Source: Malacoraja senta (taxonomy: Eukaryota). From it: a stretch of 64,000 bases of DNA. Shown one piece after another: positions 49,283 through 62,303 of this stretch; the first letter of the stretch is position 1, and every line of letters begins with the position of its first letter. Under the pieces are notes generated by a model that saw only the letters and a list, made by a program, of their open reading frames with translations, made no database searches and was not told the DNA's origin. The stretch lies in contig CM075996.1 of NCBI GenBank assembly GCA_038087875.1, forward strand, positions 1,986,001-2,050,000, read 5' to 3'. The position numbers were made by a program, and so were the translations under genes.

Positions 49283-49663
49283 TTGGAGGGGAGGTGCCGG
49301 GAGGGGAGGGGAGGAGAGGGGGAAGGGAGGAGAGGAGAGGAGAGGAGAGGGAGGGGAGGAGAGAGGGGGAAGGGGAGGGGAGGAGAGAGGGGAGGAGAGG
49401 AGAGGGAGGGGAGGAGAGGAGGAGAGGAGAGGAGAGGAGAGGAGAGGGAGGGGAGGAGAAAGGGGAGGAGAGAAGAGGGAGGGAGAGGAGAGAGGAGAGG
49501 AGAGGAGAGGAGAGGAGAGGAGAGGGAGAGGAGAGGAGAGGAGAGGAGAGAAGAGGAGAGAAGAGGAGAGAAGAGGAAAGGAGAGGAGGAGAGGAGAGAA
49601 GGGAGGATAGGAGAGGAGGAGAGAGGGAGAGGGAGGAGAGGAGGGAGGGGAGGGGGAGGGAAG
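49283..49663. repeat. (GGAGA)n polypurine tract
   Basis: Direct inspection. Confidence 0.95.
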
Positions 49664-52600
49664 GTGAATCTCAGCGTAGGAATGTGGCCGTAGTTACTGG
49701 AATGACAGTAACACTCAGCTAGTCGGGCGGGTCTCTGGTATTTAGCTTTCCATTATTGTCATGAGCTCAGTGTTTTAAACCCACGCCCAGTGACACTGCC
49801 TTCACTGAGAGGAGAAGTTGAGGCGATACAGGGCGTCCGGAGACTGGCGAGGAGAAGCTCATTTCTTACATTCAATTGACTGAGGACTTCGACAATCCCA
49901 GGGTGAGTTTTACCAATCTTTTTAAAGTCACATTCCACCTCTCTCGGGTGCAAAGGATTTGGCAGTGAACTAACTGGCTCTCATTCGCCCCAATTGTACA
50001 TATTTCCCTGCTGACCTGGAAGAGCAGCGGCGAGTTTTGTTTTGAGAGTTTGTGAGTTTTTCCGGAGACATAATCTCTCCGCCTTCCTCAGTCAGATCAC
50101 AGTTCACACCAGGGTCCGCTCAATGGACAGAAGGTCGTAAGGGATAGGAGCAGAATTAGGCCATTCGGCCATCGAGTCTACCCCGCCATTCAATCATGGC
50201 TGATCTATCTCTCCCTCCTAACCCCATTCTCCAGCCTTCTCCCAATAACCCCTGACACCCGCACTAACACTTTTTCTCACAGAGAGCGGTGAGTCTGTAG
50301 AATTCTCTGCCTCAGAGGGTGGTGGAGGCCGGTTCTCTGGATGCTTTCAAGAGAGAGCTAGATAGGGCTCTTAAAAATAGCGGAATCAGGGATATGGGGA
50401 GAAGGCAGGAACGGGGTACTGATTGGGGACGATCAGCCATGATCACATTGAATGGTGGTGCTGGCTCGAAGGGCCGAACGGCCTACTCCTGCACCTATTG
50501 TCTATTGTCTATTGACTGCGGATGCTGAAATCTAGAATAATCGAACAAAGTGCTGGAGGAACTCTGCAGGAAGGAACAGCACCTCATATTTGGCTTGGGC
50601 AGCTTCCTCCCCAGCGGTATGAACATTGACTTCTCTAACTTCAAGTAACCCTTGCTTTCCCTCTCTCTCCATCTCTCCCCTTCCCAGTTCTCCATCCAGT
50701 CTGACTGTCCTCCTGATTACATTTTATCTCTGTATGCTTCGTTGTCAACTTCTCCCAGCTAGCAATGATCTGCTCTACATTTTTTGTGTGTCGGAAGGAA
50801 CTGCAGATGCTGGTTTACACTGAAGATAGACCCCAAAGTGCTGGAGTAACTCAGCGGGACAGGCAGCATCTGTGGAGAGAAGGAACGGGTGACGTTTCTG
50901 GTGGAGTCTCGACCCGAAACGTCACCCGTTCCTTCTCTCCAGAGATGCTGCCTGTCCCGCTGAGTTACCCCAGCATTTTGTGCCTATGCTGGAGGAACTC
51001 AGCGGGTCAGGCAGCATCTCTGGAGGGAATGGACAGGCAATATTCTGGGTCGGGTCCCTTCTTCAGACTGAGTAGTTGTTTTGCTTTTGATCTTTTAGTT
51101 TAGTTTAGATATACAGCGTGGAAACAGGCCCTTCAGCCCACGCCGACCATCGATCGCCCGTATACTAGCACTCTCCTATACAATAGGGAAAATTTATAGA
51201 AGGCAATTAACCTACAAACTCGCACCGTAGTCATGAATATGGGAGGAAACCGGAGCACCCGGAGGAATCCCACGCAGTCATGGGGAGAACGTACAAAGTC
51301 CGAATCCGTAGTCAGGATCGAACCCGGATCCCTGGCGCTGTGAGGCAGCAACTCTACCGCTGCTCTGTGATTGATGTGACAGGCTAAGCTGGTTTTAAAC
51401 TCCATTTAAATGTGATAGACAATAGACAATAGGTGCAGGAGTAGGCCATTCGCCCTTCGAGCCAGCCACCGCCATTCAATGTGACCACGTCTGATCGTCC
51501 CCAGGGTAGAAGTTAAATTCTGATGCAAATGAAGTCTTCAAGGATGTGATTGTTTGATCTGCAAATGCTAGACTCTGCTTTGAATGTAAGGAGATTATTG
51601 CTGGATGAAACGGGAGCCAGAGTTGTGGACCATTCCTACAGTGACGTCAGTTCAAATCCCCCAACATGGGAATTGAAACACAAGTCATTAAACAAATCTG
51701 GAATTTGAGTAAAGAGTTTGGTCTCTGTGACATCAAACTGGATTCTTTGTCTGCTTCACTGACTTTGGAGATGCATCTTTGTATATGTTGATGTTTTGGA
51801 CATCTCTGATGTTGGCTGGTAGCGTATTCCAACTCCTTGCTGCCTTGAAGAAAAACAGCAAGCACTTCCACTGGTGGGACTGGAGGCCAGAACCTCAGAA
51901 TTAAAGGACGTTCCCTTATAGGGTGGCACGGTGGTGCAGCGGTAGAGTTGCTGCCTTACAGTGGTTTCAGCGCCAGAGACCCCGGGTTCGATCCCGACTA
52001 CGGGCGCTGTCTGTACGGAGTTTGTACCTTCTCCCCGTGACCTGCGTGGGTTTTCTCCGGGGATCTCCAGTTCCCCCCCGCAACCTCAAAGACGTGCGGG
52101 TTTGTAGGTGAATTGGCTGACTTGGTACAATTGTAAATTGTCCCTCGTGGTGTGTGTGTGTGTGTGTGGGATAGTATTAATGGTCGGTGCGGACCCAGCG
52201 GGCCGAAGGGCATGTTTCCGCGCTGTATCTCTAAACTAAACTAAAACTAAACTTTAGGAAGGAAATGAGGAGGAAATTCTTCAGTCGGAGGGTGGTGAAT
52301 CGGTGGAATTCTTTGCCACAGAAGGCTGTGGAGGCCAAGTCAATGCATATGGTAGATTCTAGATTAGTACAGGGATTATGGGGAGAAGGCAGGAGAATGG
52401 GGTTAGGAGGGAGAGATAGATCAGCCATGTCCTGTGTCTCTCGTTACCCGCGCTCTCTCTCTCTCTCTCACTTCAGTCCTAAGACGGGTCTCAACCCGAA
52501 ACGTACCTGTTCCATTTCTCCAGAGATGCTGCCTGACCCTCTGAGTTCAAGATTCAAGTGAGTCTATTGTCGTGGTGTCCCAGATAGGACAATGAAATTC

Positions 52601-53819
52601 TTGCTTTGCTTCAGCACAACAGAACATAGTAGGCATTGACTACAAAACAGATCAGTGTGTCCATATACCATTATATAAATATATACACACATGAATAAAT
52701 AAACTGATACAGTGCAAATAACAGATAATGGGTTATTAATGTTCAGAGTTTTGTTTGAGTTGAGTTTAATAGCCTGATGGCTGTGGGAAGGAGCTGTTCC
52801 TGAACCTGGTCGTTGCAGTCTTCAGGCTCCTGAAGTAGCGGGGAGATGAGTGTGTGGCCAGGATGGTGTGGGTCCTTGATGATGCTGCCAGACTTTTTGA
52901 GGCAGCGACTGAGTTTTGAGTGTACACAAAAATGCTGGAGAAACTCAGCGGGTGCAGCAGCATCTATGGAGCGAAGGAAATAGGTAACGTTTCGGACCAA
53001 AACCCTTCTTCAGATGCTGAAGCTTCAGATGCGCCATAGATGCTGCTGCACCCGCTGAGTTTCTCCAGCATTTTTGTGTACCTTCGATTTTCCAGCATCT
53101 GCAGTTCCTTCTTTAACACTGAGTTTTGAGTGACTTCTTAGTCGGGATGATGTGCCGCTCGGAGGTATTGCCCTTCCTACACGTCACCCGTGTAAACGTG
53201 GTGACTTCTTATCGTCACGTGTACCGAGATACAGTGACAAATGTTGTTTGCCTGCTAAATGCCGCCCATTCATGTCAATCTATGCATGAGATCAGTCAAG
53301 CCACGCACACACAGGTTCAACAGGAATAACAACAGTGAAATGCAACAACATGGAACTGTAGTTGCTACAAGTTGAATTCCGTTCTGTATTGCCACCTGTG
53401 TTAAGTCACAGTGATTTTCTTTGTTTTGCACAACCAAGGTATGCGAAGCATGGCCACATAAAGGGCGCTGACCAATAGACAATAGGTGCAGGAGTAGGCC
53501 TTCGAGCCAGCACCGCCATTCAATGTGATCACGGCTGATCCCCAAACAGTACCCCGTTCCTGTTCCTGCCTTCTCCCCTGACCAAGTTACAAGGTCTCCC
53601 CGCGCCGGGTCCTCCTTTGTTATCCCCCCCTCCCCCTCTACCCTCCAGTTTCCCTCTCCCCTGACTCTCAGTCTGAGGAAGCGTCTCGGCCCGAAACGTC
53701 ACGTACCCATGTTCTCCACATATATGCTGCCCGACATGCTGAGTTGCTCCAGCATTTTGTGTCTCCAGCTTATACGGCCATCTTTGTAAAGTAGGAGCAG
53801 TTTTTGGAACCTCACTCTG

Positions 53820-54280
53820 CAGTTCAGTCTATTGTCACGTGTACCGAGGTACAGTGAAAATCTTTTGTGCGTGCTAACCAGCCAGCGGAAAGACAATACA
53901 TGATTACAATCGAGACACTTACAGTGTACAGATACATGATAAGGGAATAACGTTTAGTGCAAGGTGAAGCCAGCAAAGTCCAATCAAGGATAGTCCAAGG
54001 GTCACCAATAAGATAGATAGTAGTTCAGCACTGCTCTCTGGGTGTGGTAGGATGGTTCAGCTGCCTGATAACAGCTGGGAAGAAACTGTCCCTTAATCTG
54101 GAGGTGTGCGTTTTCACACTGGGAGAGGGGAGAAGAGGGAGTGTCCGTGATGAGACTGGTCCTTGATGATGCTGCTGGCCTTGCCGAGGCAGCGTGAGGT
54201 GTAGATGGAGTCGATGGAAGGGAGGTTGATTTGTGTGATGGTCTGGGCTGCGTCCACAATTCCCTGTAATTTCTTGCAGT
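53820..54280 (-). mobile_element. Rex1/Babar-like LINE 3' end
   Basis: Same family as 2560-3325 (LPSIDSIYTSRCLGKASSIIKDQSH). Confidence 0.75.
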
Positions 54281-54294
54281 TTATGCAGGGCTGG

Positions 54295-54346
54295 AGTGTG
54301 AGATGTGTGTGTGTGTGCGCGCGTGTGTGCGCGCGTGTGTGTGTGC

Positions 54347-54377
<31 letters not shown>

Positions 54378-55395
54378 AGTGCGTGTGTGTGTGAGTGCGT
54401 GTGTGTGTGCGTGTGTGCGCGTGTGCATGTGTGTGTGCGTGCATGTGTGTGTGTGCGCGTGTGTGTGTGTTAATGCGTGTGTGCGTGTGTGTGTGCATGT
54501 GTGTGTAAGTGCATGTGTGCACGTGTGTGTTTGCGTGTGTGTGCCTGTGTGTGTGCGCGTGTACGTGTGTGTGCGTGTGTGCGTGCGTGCATGTGTGTGT
54601 CCGTGTGTGTGTGCGCATGTGTGTGCGTGGGTGTGTGCACGTGTGTTTGCATGGGTGTGTACGCGTGTGTGTGCGCGTGTGTGTGCATGTGTGTGTCCGT
54701 GTGGCTGCGCGTGTGTGCATGTGTGTGTCCATGCGTGTGTGTGCGCGTGTGTGTGTGCTTGTGTGCGTGTGTGCGTGCGCGTGTGTGTGTGCTTGCGTGC
54801 GTGTGTGTGTGTGCGCGTGTGTGTGTGCTTGCGTGCGCGTGTGTGTGTGCGCGTGTGTGCATGTGTGTGTCCGTGTGTGTGCGCGTGTATGTGTGCTTGC
54901 GTGCGTGTGTGTGTGCGCGTGTGTGTCCGTGTGTGTGTGCGCGTGTGTGTGTGCGCGTGTGTGTCCGTGTGTGTGTGCGCGTGTGTGTGTGCTTGCGTGC
55001 GTGTGTGCGCGTGTGTGTGCATGTGTGTGTCCGTGTGTGTGTGCGCGTGTGTGTGCATGTGTGTGTCCGTGTGTGCGTGCGCGTGTGTGTGTGCTTGCGT
55101 GCGCGTGTGTGTGCGCGTGTGTGTGCGCCGTGTGTGCACGAGTGTGTGCGTGTGTGTGTCCGTGTGTGTGTGCACGTGTGTGTGCATGTGTGTGTCCGTG
55201 TGTGTGTGCGCGTGTGTGCGTGGGTGTGTGCGTGCGTGTGTGCGCGTGTGTGTGCATGTGTGTGTCCGTGTGTGTGTGCGCGTGTGTCCGTGTGTGTGTG
55301 CTTGCGTGCGTGTGTGCGTGAGCGTGTGTGTGCCGTGTGTGCACGAGTGTTTGCGTGTGTGTGCGTGTGCGCGTGAGTGTGTGCACGAGTGTGGG
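54295..55395. repeat. (TG/CG)n-rich alternating purine-pyrimidine tract
   Basis: Direct inspection. Confidence 0.95.
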
Positions 55396-55784
55396 CATTG
55401 GGTCAGGATAGGAGACAGCGTTGCCTTGTCTACCACCCTCCCCCCTATCACTGGAGGTGTAGGTGTACCGTGCACTGACGTATCCCTCTCTCTGACGGAC
55501 TCAGTGTTGTGCAGACAAACAGGAGAACAAGCCCACACAGCCAGCAACAACATGACCCACTGCACTCTTTCCAGTGTGACTACTCCATGACCAAATATTT
55601 CCCAGGGTGGAGGAGCCATCACATAGTCCTGGATGTCTGAGGGCAGCACGGTGGCGCAGCAGTAGAGTTGCTGCCTCACAGCGCCAGAGACCCGGGTTCG
55701 ATCCTGACTACGGGTGCTGTCTGTACGGAGTTTGTATCTTCTCCCCGTGACCTGCGAGGGTTTTCTCCGGGTGCTCCGGATTTT

Positions 55785-55796
55785 TGTGTTTATGTT

Positions 55797-55857
<61 letters not shown>

Positions 55858-55918
55858 CAGTGTGCGTGAGTGTGTGTGTCTGTCTCTCCGTGTGTGTGTG
55901 AGTGTGTGTGTCTGTCTC

Positions 55919-55965
<47 letters not shown>

Positions 55966-55994
55966 CAGTGTGCGTGAGTGTGTGTGTCTGTCTC

Positions 55995-56086
<92 letters not shown>

Positions 56087-56094
56087 TGTCTCTC

Positions 56095-56138
<44 letters not shown>

Positions 56139-56158
56139 TGTATCTGTCAGTGTGTGTC

Positions 56159-56193
<35 letters not shown>

Positions 56194-56208
56194 CTGTCAG
56201 TGTGTGTC

Positions 56209-56243
<35 letters not shown>

Positions 56244-56258
56244 CTGTCAGTGTGTGTC

Positions 56259-56315
<57 letters not shown>

Positions 56316-56333
56316 CTGTCAGTGTGTGTCTCC

Positions 56334-56364
<31 letters not shown>

Positions 56365-56434
56365 TGTGTGTGTGTGTGTGTGTGTATCTGTCAGTGTGTG
56401 TCTCTGTCTGTGTGTGTATCTGTCAGTGTGTGTC

Positions 56435-56469
<35 letters not shown>

Positions 56470-56484
56470 CTGTCAGTGTGTGTC

Positions 56485-56519
<35 letters not shown>

Positions 56520-56534
56520 CTGTCAGTGTGTGTC

Positions 56535-56565
<31 letters not shown>

Positions 56566-56667
56566 ATCTGTCAGTGTGTGTCTCCATGTGTGTGTGTGTG
56601 GGTGTGTGTGTGTGTGTATCTGTCAGTGTGTGTCTCCATGTGTGTGTGTGTGGGTGTGTGTGTGTGT
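55785..56667. repeat. (TG)n with tatctgtcagtgtgtgtctcc spacers, expanded inside an HE1-like SINE
   Basis: SINE head at ~55642-55780 and tail at ~56670-56770 flank the array. Confidence 0.9.
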
Positions 56668-58329
56668 TATAAATGTAAAAATTGTCCACTGTGTATGTCG
56701 GAGGCGCTGGTCGGCATGTACTCGGTGGGCCGAAGGGCCTGTTTCCGCGCTGTATCTCTTAACTAAACTAAAAGTAATGGAACAGGCCCTTCGGCCCGTC
56801 GAGTCCATGTTGACCATCAGCAGCCATTTACACATCCTACAGAAATCCCATTTCAATTCGATTTGTTTAAAAACACAACGTGGAAACAGGCCCTTCGGCC
56901 CAACTTGCCCACACCAGCCAACATATCCCAGCTACACTAGCCCCACCTGCTAGCGTTTGGTCCATATCCCTCCAAACCTGTCCTATCCACGTACCTGTCT
57001 AACTGTTTCTTAAACGTTGGGATAGTCCCAGCCTCAACTACCTCCTCTGGCAGCTCGTTCCTTACACCCACCATCCTTTGTGTGAAAATGTTACCCATCA
57101 GATTCCTATCAAATCTTTTCCCCTTCACCTTAAACCTATGTCCTCTGGTCCTCGATTTCCCCTGTTCTGGGCATGAGACTCTACCTGATCTATTCCTCTC
57201 ATGATTTTGTACGCAAAGATCGTTGTCGAGCTGTAGCCATGGCAACGAGATGGGGAATTGGAAACACGGAGATGAGGGGAGTGGCGGAGTGGGTGACTCA
57301 CTGTCCAACCTTTGTCGCTGTCGGGCGATCGCTGAGCGCTGAGCGGCCCGTGTACTGTGAGGCCAGCAAGGCAGACCCTCGCAGTGCCACACACCTTCCT
57401 ACCAGGGGGCCTCATCAGCCCCAGGGTAACCCCCTCAAACATGCCCCAGGAACAGCTAGATTCATAGTCATAGAGTGATACAGCATGGAAACAGCCCAAC
57501 TTGCCCACACCGGCCAACAATGTCCCAGCTGCACTAGTCCCGCCTGCCCACGTTTGGCCCTTATCTCTCCAAACCCGACCTATCCATGTACCTGTTTCTC
57601 AAACTTTGGGATAGCCCCTGCCTCAACTACCTCCTCTGGCAGCTTGTTCCATACACCCACCACCCTTTGTGTGAAAAAGTTACCCCTCAAGTTCTTACTA
57701 AATCTTTCCTTCCCTCACCTTAAACCTACAGTATGTCCTCTGGTCCTCGATTCACCTACTTTGGGCAAGAGACTGGCGGAATAGGCTTGTGCATCTACCC
57801 GATCTATTCTTCTCATGATTTTATACCCCTCTATAAGATCACCCCATATCCTCCATCGAATCTTTTAAGTCGAGACTTAAAACTCATCTATACTCTCAAG
57901 ACTTTGTGTCTACTTTCGATTTTATTCAGCATCTGCAGTTCCTTCCCACACATTGCAGAACTAAACTGGATGATGTCAATGCCCCTCTTCAAGGCTCAAT
58001 GGTTGACGTTTGAACCAAGCGTGTCCCTCAGCTCACTGATTTACCAAACCTGTGGATAAATAATCCATTAATTAATCTGGCCGGGCTACTTTATAAATAG
58101 CTTGATTCTGTTTACCGGTTTGAGATTTGCATCAGAGGAAATAAAGAACAGAAGCTGCAGGATTGGACATCAGGAATCACACAAGCAAGTGTTAACAACT
58201 CCGCATTTCATTAAGGATAAGGTCATAAGTGACAGGAGTAGAATTAGGCCATTCGCCCCTTCTCCGTCACCCGATCACAGCTGATCTATCTCTCCCTCCT
58301 AACCCCATTCTCCTGCCATCTCCCCATAA

Positions 58330-58772
58330 CTGGATAGACTCGGCTTGTACTCGCTAGAATTTAGAAGATTGAGGGGGGGATCTTATAGAAACGTACAAAA
58401 TTCTTAAGGGGTTGGACAGGCTAGATGCAGGAAGATTGTTCCCGATGTTGGGGATGTCCAGAACAAGGGGTCACAGCTTAAGGATAAGGGGGAAGTCTTT
58501 TAGGACCGAGATGAGAATTATTTTTTTCACACAGAGAGTCGTGAATCTGTGGAATTCTCTGCCACAGAATGTAGTTGAGGCCAGTTCATTGGCTATATTT
58601 AAGAGGGAGTTAGATGTGGCCCTTGTGGCTAAAGGGATCAGGGGGTATGGAGAGAAGGCAGGTACAGGATACTGAGTTGGATGATCAGCCATGATCATAT
58701 TGAATGGCGTTGCAGGCTCGAAGGGCCGAATGGCCTACTCCTGCACCTATTTTCTATGTTTCTATGTTTCTA
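58330..58772 (+). mobile_element. CR1-type LINE 3' end
   Basis: Closely similar to the 12722-13250 copy. Confidence 0.88.
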
Positions 58773-59070
58773 TAACACCCGTACTAATCAAGAATCTATC
58801 TATCTCTGCCTTAAAAATACCCACTGACTTGGCCTCCACAGCCTTCTGTGGCAATGAATTCCACAGATTCACCACCCTCTGACTAAAGAAATTCCTCCTC
58901 ATCTCCTTCCTAAAGCTACCTCCTTTTATTCTGGAGCTGTGCCCTCTGGTCCTAGACTCTCCCACTAGTGGAAGAATGTACAAACTCCGTAAAGAATAAG
59001 CACCGTAGTCAGGATCGAACCGGGCTCTCTGGCGCTTTGTCCTTTGACTTTCGATGCACTGGGTAAACAA

Positions 59071-59380
59071 GGGCACGGTGGTGCATCGGGTAGAGCTGCT
59101 TCCTCACAGCGCCGGAGACCCCTGATCGATCCCGACTACGGGTGCTGTCTGTACGGAGTTTGTACCTTCTCCCCGTGACCTGCGTGGGTTTTTTTCCGAG
59201 ATCTTCGGTTTTCTCCCACACTCCAAAGACGTGCAGGTTTGTAGGTTAATTGGCTTGGTGTGAATGTAAATTGTCCCTAGTGTGTGTAGGATAGTGTTAG
59301 TGTGAGGGGATCGCTGGTCATTGCTGACTCGGTGGGGCCGAAGGGCCTGTTTCCGCGCTGTATCTCTAAACTGAACTGAA
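59071..59380 (+). mobile_element. HE1-like V-SINE, near full length
   Basis: tRNA-like head, V-domain, CR1-like tail ending ctaaactgaactgaa. Confidence 0.85.
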
Positions 59381-59395
59381 GTTAACATCGGAAGC

Positions 59396-59647
59396 CACAA
59401 AGTGCTGGAGTAACTCAGCGGGTCAGGCAGCATCTGTGGAGAACATGGATAGGTGACGTTTCACAGAGTGCTGGAGTAACTCAGCGGGTCAGGCAGCATC
59501 TGTGGAGAACATGGATAGGTGACGTTTCACAGAGTGCTGGAGTAACTCAGCGGGTCAGGCAGCATCTGTGGAGAACATGGATAGGTGACGTTTCACAAAG
59601 TGCTGGAGTAACTCAGCGGGTCAGGCAGCATCTGTGGAGAACATGGG
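59396..59647 (-). repeat. 66-bp tandem array (~3.7 copies) derived from the Penelope-like terminal repeat
   Basis: agtgctggag recurs at 59401, 59467, 59533 and 59599. Confidence 0.93.
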
Positions 59648-62203
59648 CAACAGGTGACCTTGCTCGATACAGTGTCACCTGGTTGGGACCAGTAGACTTT
59701 AGAGATACAGCGCAGAAACAGGCCCTTCGACCCATCGAGTCCATGCCGACCAGCTATCACCACACATGCTAGCACCACCCTACACACACTGGGAACAATT
59801 TACACACACACACCAAGCCAATTAACCTACAAACCTGCGCATCTTTGGAGTGTGGGGGGAAACCGGAGCACCCGGAGAAAACCCACGCAGGTCACGGGGA
59901 GAAGGTACAAACTCCGTACAGACAGCACCCGTGGTCAGGATCGAACCTGGGTCTCTGGCGCTGTGAGGCAGCAGCTCTACCCGCCCTGCATGGTGGAGCT
60001 GCCTTTGTGTTGGCAGCGGTTTGCGTGGGCAGGGAGGAGGCTGACACTGTATCGAGCGACGTGCTGCGGTTGCTATGGAATCATTCACCGTTCCCCATCC
60101 ATCTTAACGCTTTTTTGTTCATTGTTTTCCCTCAGCGTTTGGCCACTCGCCAAGAACCCGACCAGCCATGAGCTACAGGTCGCAAGATCAAGGAGGCACC
60201 CTCCAGTATGGGTAGGTGGCAAGTTCCGGGCGTCTGTTCCCTTCCGTGTACTGGCCAGCAGGCAACAGAAAAGCTGCACACTGTACCTCGGTCCACCTGG
60301 GGCCGGGCACGGTGGCGCAGCGGTAGAGTTGCTGCCTCACAGCGCCAGAGACCCGGGTTCGATCCCAACCACGGGCGCTGTCTGTGCGGAGTTTGTACCT
60401 TCTCCCCGTGGTTTTCTCCGGGTGCTCCGGTTTCCTCCAACACACTCCTAAGACGTGCAGTTTGTAGGTTGATTGGCTTCAGTAAAATGAAAATTGTCGC
60501 TCAACTAGTGTGTGTCGGATAGTGTTAGTGTACAGGGGATCGCTAGTCGAGTAGACTTGATGGGCCGAATGGCCTAATTCTGCTCCTATTACTAATGACC
60601 TTACAATTGGCCCTCTGTAACTTGCCCCCTAGTGTGTAGGGAGTGGATGAGAAAGTGGGATAATGTGGAACTAGTGTGAAGGAGTGATCGATGGTCGGCA
60701 GGGACTCGTTGGGCCGAAGGGCCTGTTTCCGCGCTGTATCTCTTAATGGAACATACTGCGGCTTGTGTGTGACAATAATTTGGAACGTTTCAAGAACAGA
60801 CTCCAGGATGTTCTTAGTACAGTCGGCCTTGTGACATGGGCAATAATGGACTCACAAATCATCCAGATTAGTTTAGTTCAGAGATACAGCATGGAAACAG
60901 GCCCTTCGGCCCACCGAGTCCTTGCCGACCATCGATCACTCCTTCTCACTAGTTCTATGCTATCCCACTTTCTCATCCACTCCCTACACACTAGGGGGCA
61001 AGTTACAGAGGGCCAATTGTAAGGTCATTAGTAATAGGAGCAGAATTAGGCCATTCGGCCCATCAAGTCTACTCCGCCATTCAATCATGGCCGATCTATC
61101 TCTCCCTCCTAACCCCATTCTCCTGCCTTCTCCCCGTAACCCCTGACACCCACACTAATCAAGAACTTGTCAATCTCCACCTTAAATATACCCACTGGCT
61201 TGGCCTCCACAGCCGTCTGTGGCAACGAATTCCACAGATTCACCACCCTCTGACTAAAGAGATTCCTCCTCATCTCCTTCCTAAAGGAATCTCCTTGAAT
61301 TCTGAGGCTGTGCCCTCTGGTCCTAGACTCTCCCACTAGTGGAAACATCCTCTCCACATCCACTCTATCCAAGCCTTGCACTGTTTGTTCAGAGGAAGGC
61401 GTGTCATAAGGTCATGAGTGGTAGGAGCAGAATTAGGCCATTCGGCCCATCAAGTCTACTCCGCCATTCAATCATGGCTGATCTATCTCTCCCTCCTAAC
61501 CCCATTCTCCGGCCTTCTCCCCGTAACCCCTGACAACTGGGTCATTGTTTTTGCACAGAGGATGGTGGGTGCCTGGAACGTGATGGTGGAGGCAGATGTG
61601 TAGGCAGATGTGCAGTTTAGATTCGTGTCATGGTCGACACAGACATTGTGGGCTGAAGGGCCTGCTCCTAAGCCGTGCTGTTCCACGTTGCCCCTTTGGA
61701 CATTGTCCCCACTTTCGCGTCTCTGGAGTGAAGGAATTGATGACGTTTCGGGTCAGTCTGAAGAAGGGCCTCGACCCGAAACGTCACCCATTCCTTCTCT
61801 CCAGAGACGCTGCCTGTCCCGCTGAGTTACTCCAGCATTTTGTGTCTATCCATAGAACAGTAGAGCACAGAAGCAGGCCCTTCGGCCCACAATGTCCGTG
61901 ACGTCAGGTTAAATCTCCTCTGCCTGCATGTGATGTACATGCCTCCACTTCACGTGTATCCAAGTGCCTGCCCACAAGCCTCTTTAAAGTGAGTTTGTGG
62001 GATCGCTCTTTGCCTGAGAGCCACCGCCTTTGTTTACATAATGAATCACTGCTCTTCAAAAGTAATGCCAGCGTGCAGCATTTCCAGGTGTTGCCGATTG
62101 AAGCAGAGGCCTCAGGTTGGGTTCAGTTGTTGGCATCACACTCTGCAAGGCCCCGCAATGGTGGGCATTGTACATCCTGGAGGGAGAGTGGTTTAAACAT
62201 TGG

Positions 62204-62272
62204 CACACACACACATATACACACACACATATATATACACACACACATATATATACACACACACATATATAT

Positions 62273-62303
<31 letters not shown>

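Noticed and set aside
59396..59647. CRISPR-like appearance of regular repeats (also 20327-20880, 27376-27690)
   Set aside because: No unique spacers, no cas genes, vertebrate context; these are plain tandem repeats
2245..60545. tRNA genes suggested by tggcgcagcgg / gttcgatcc boxes
   Set aside because: These are SINE heads continuing into the V-domain and CR1 tail, with no full cloverleaf
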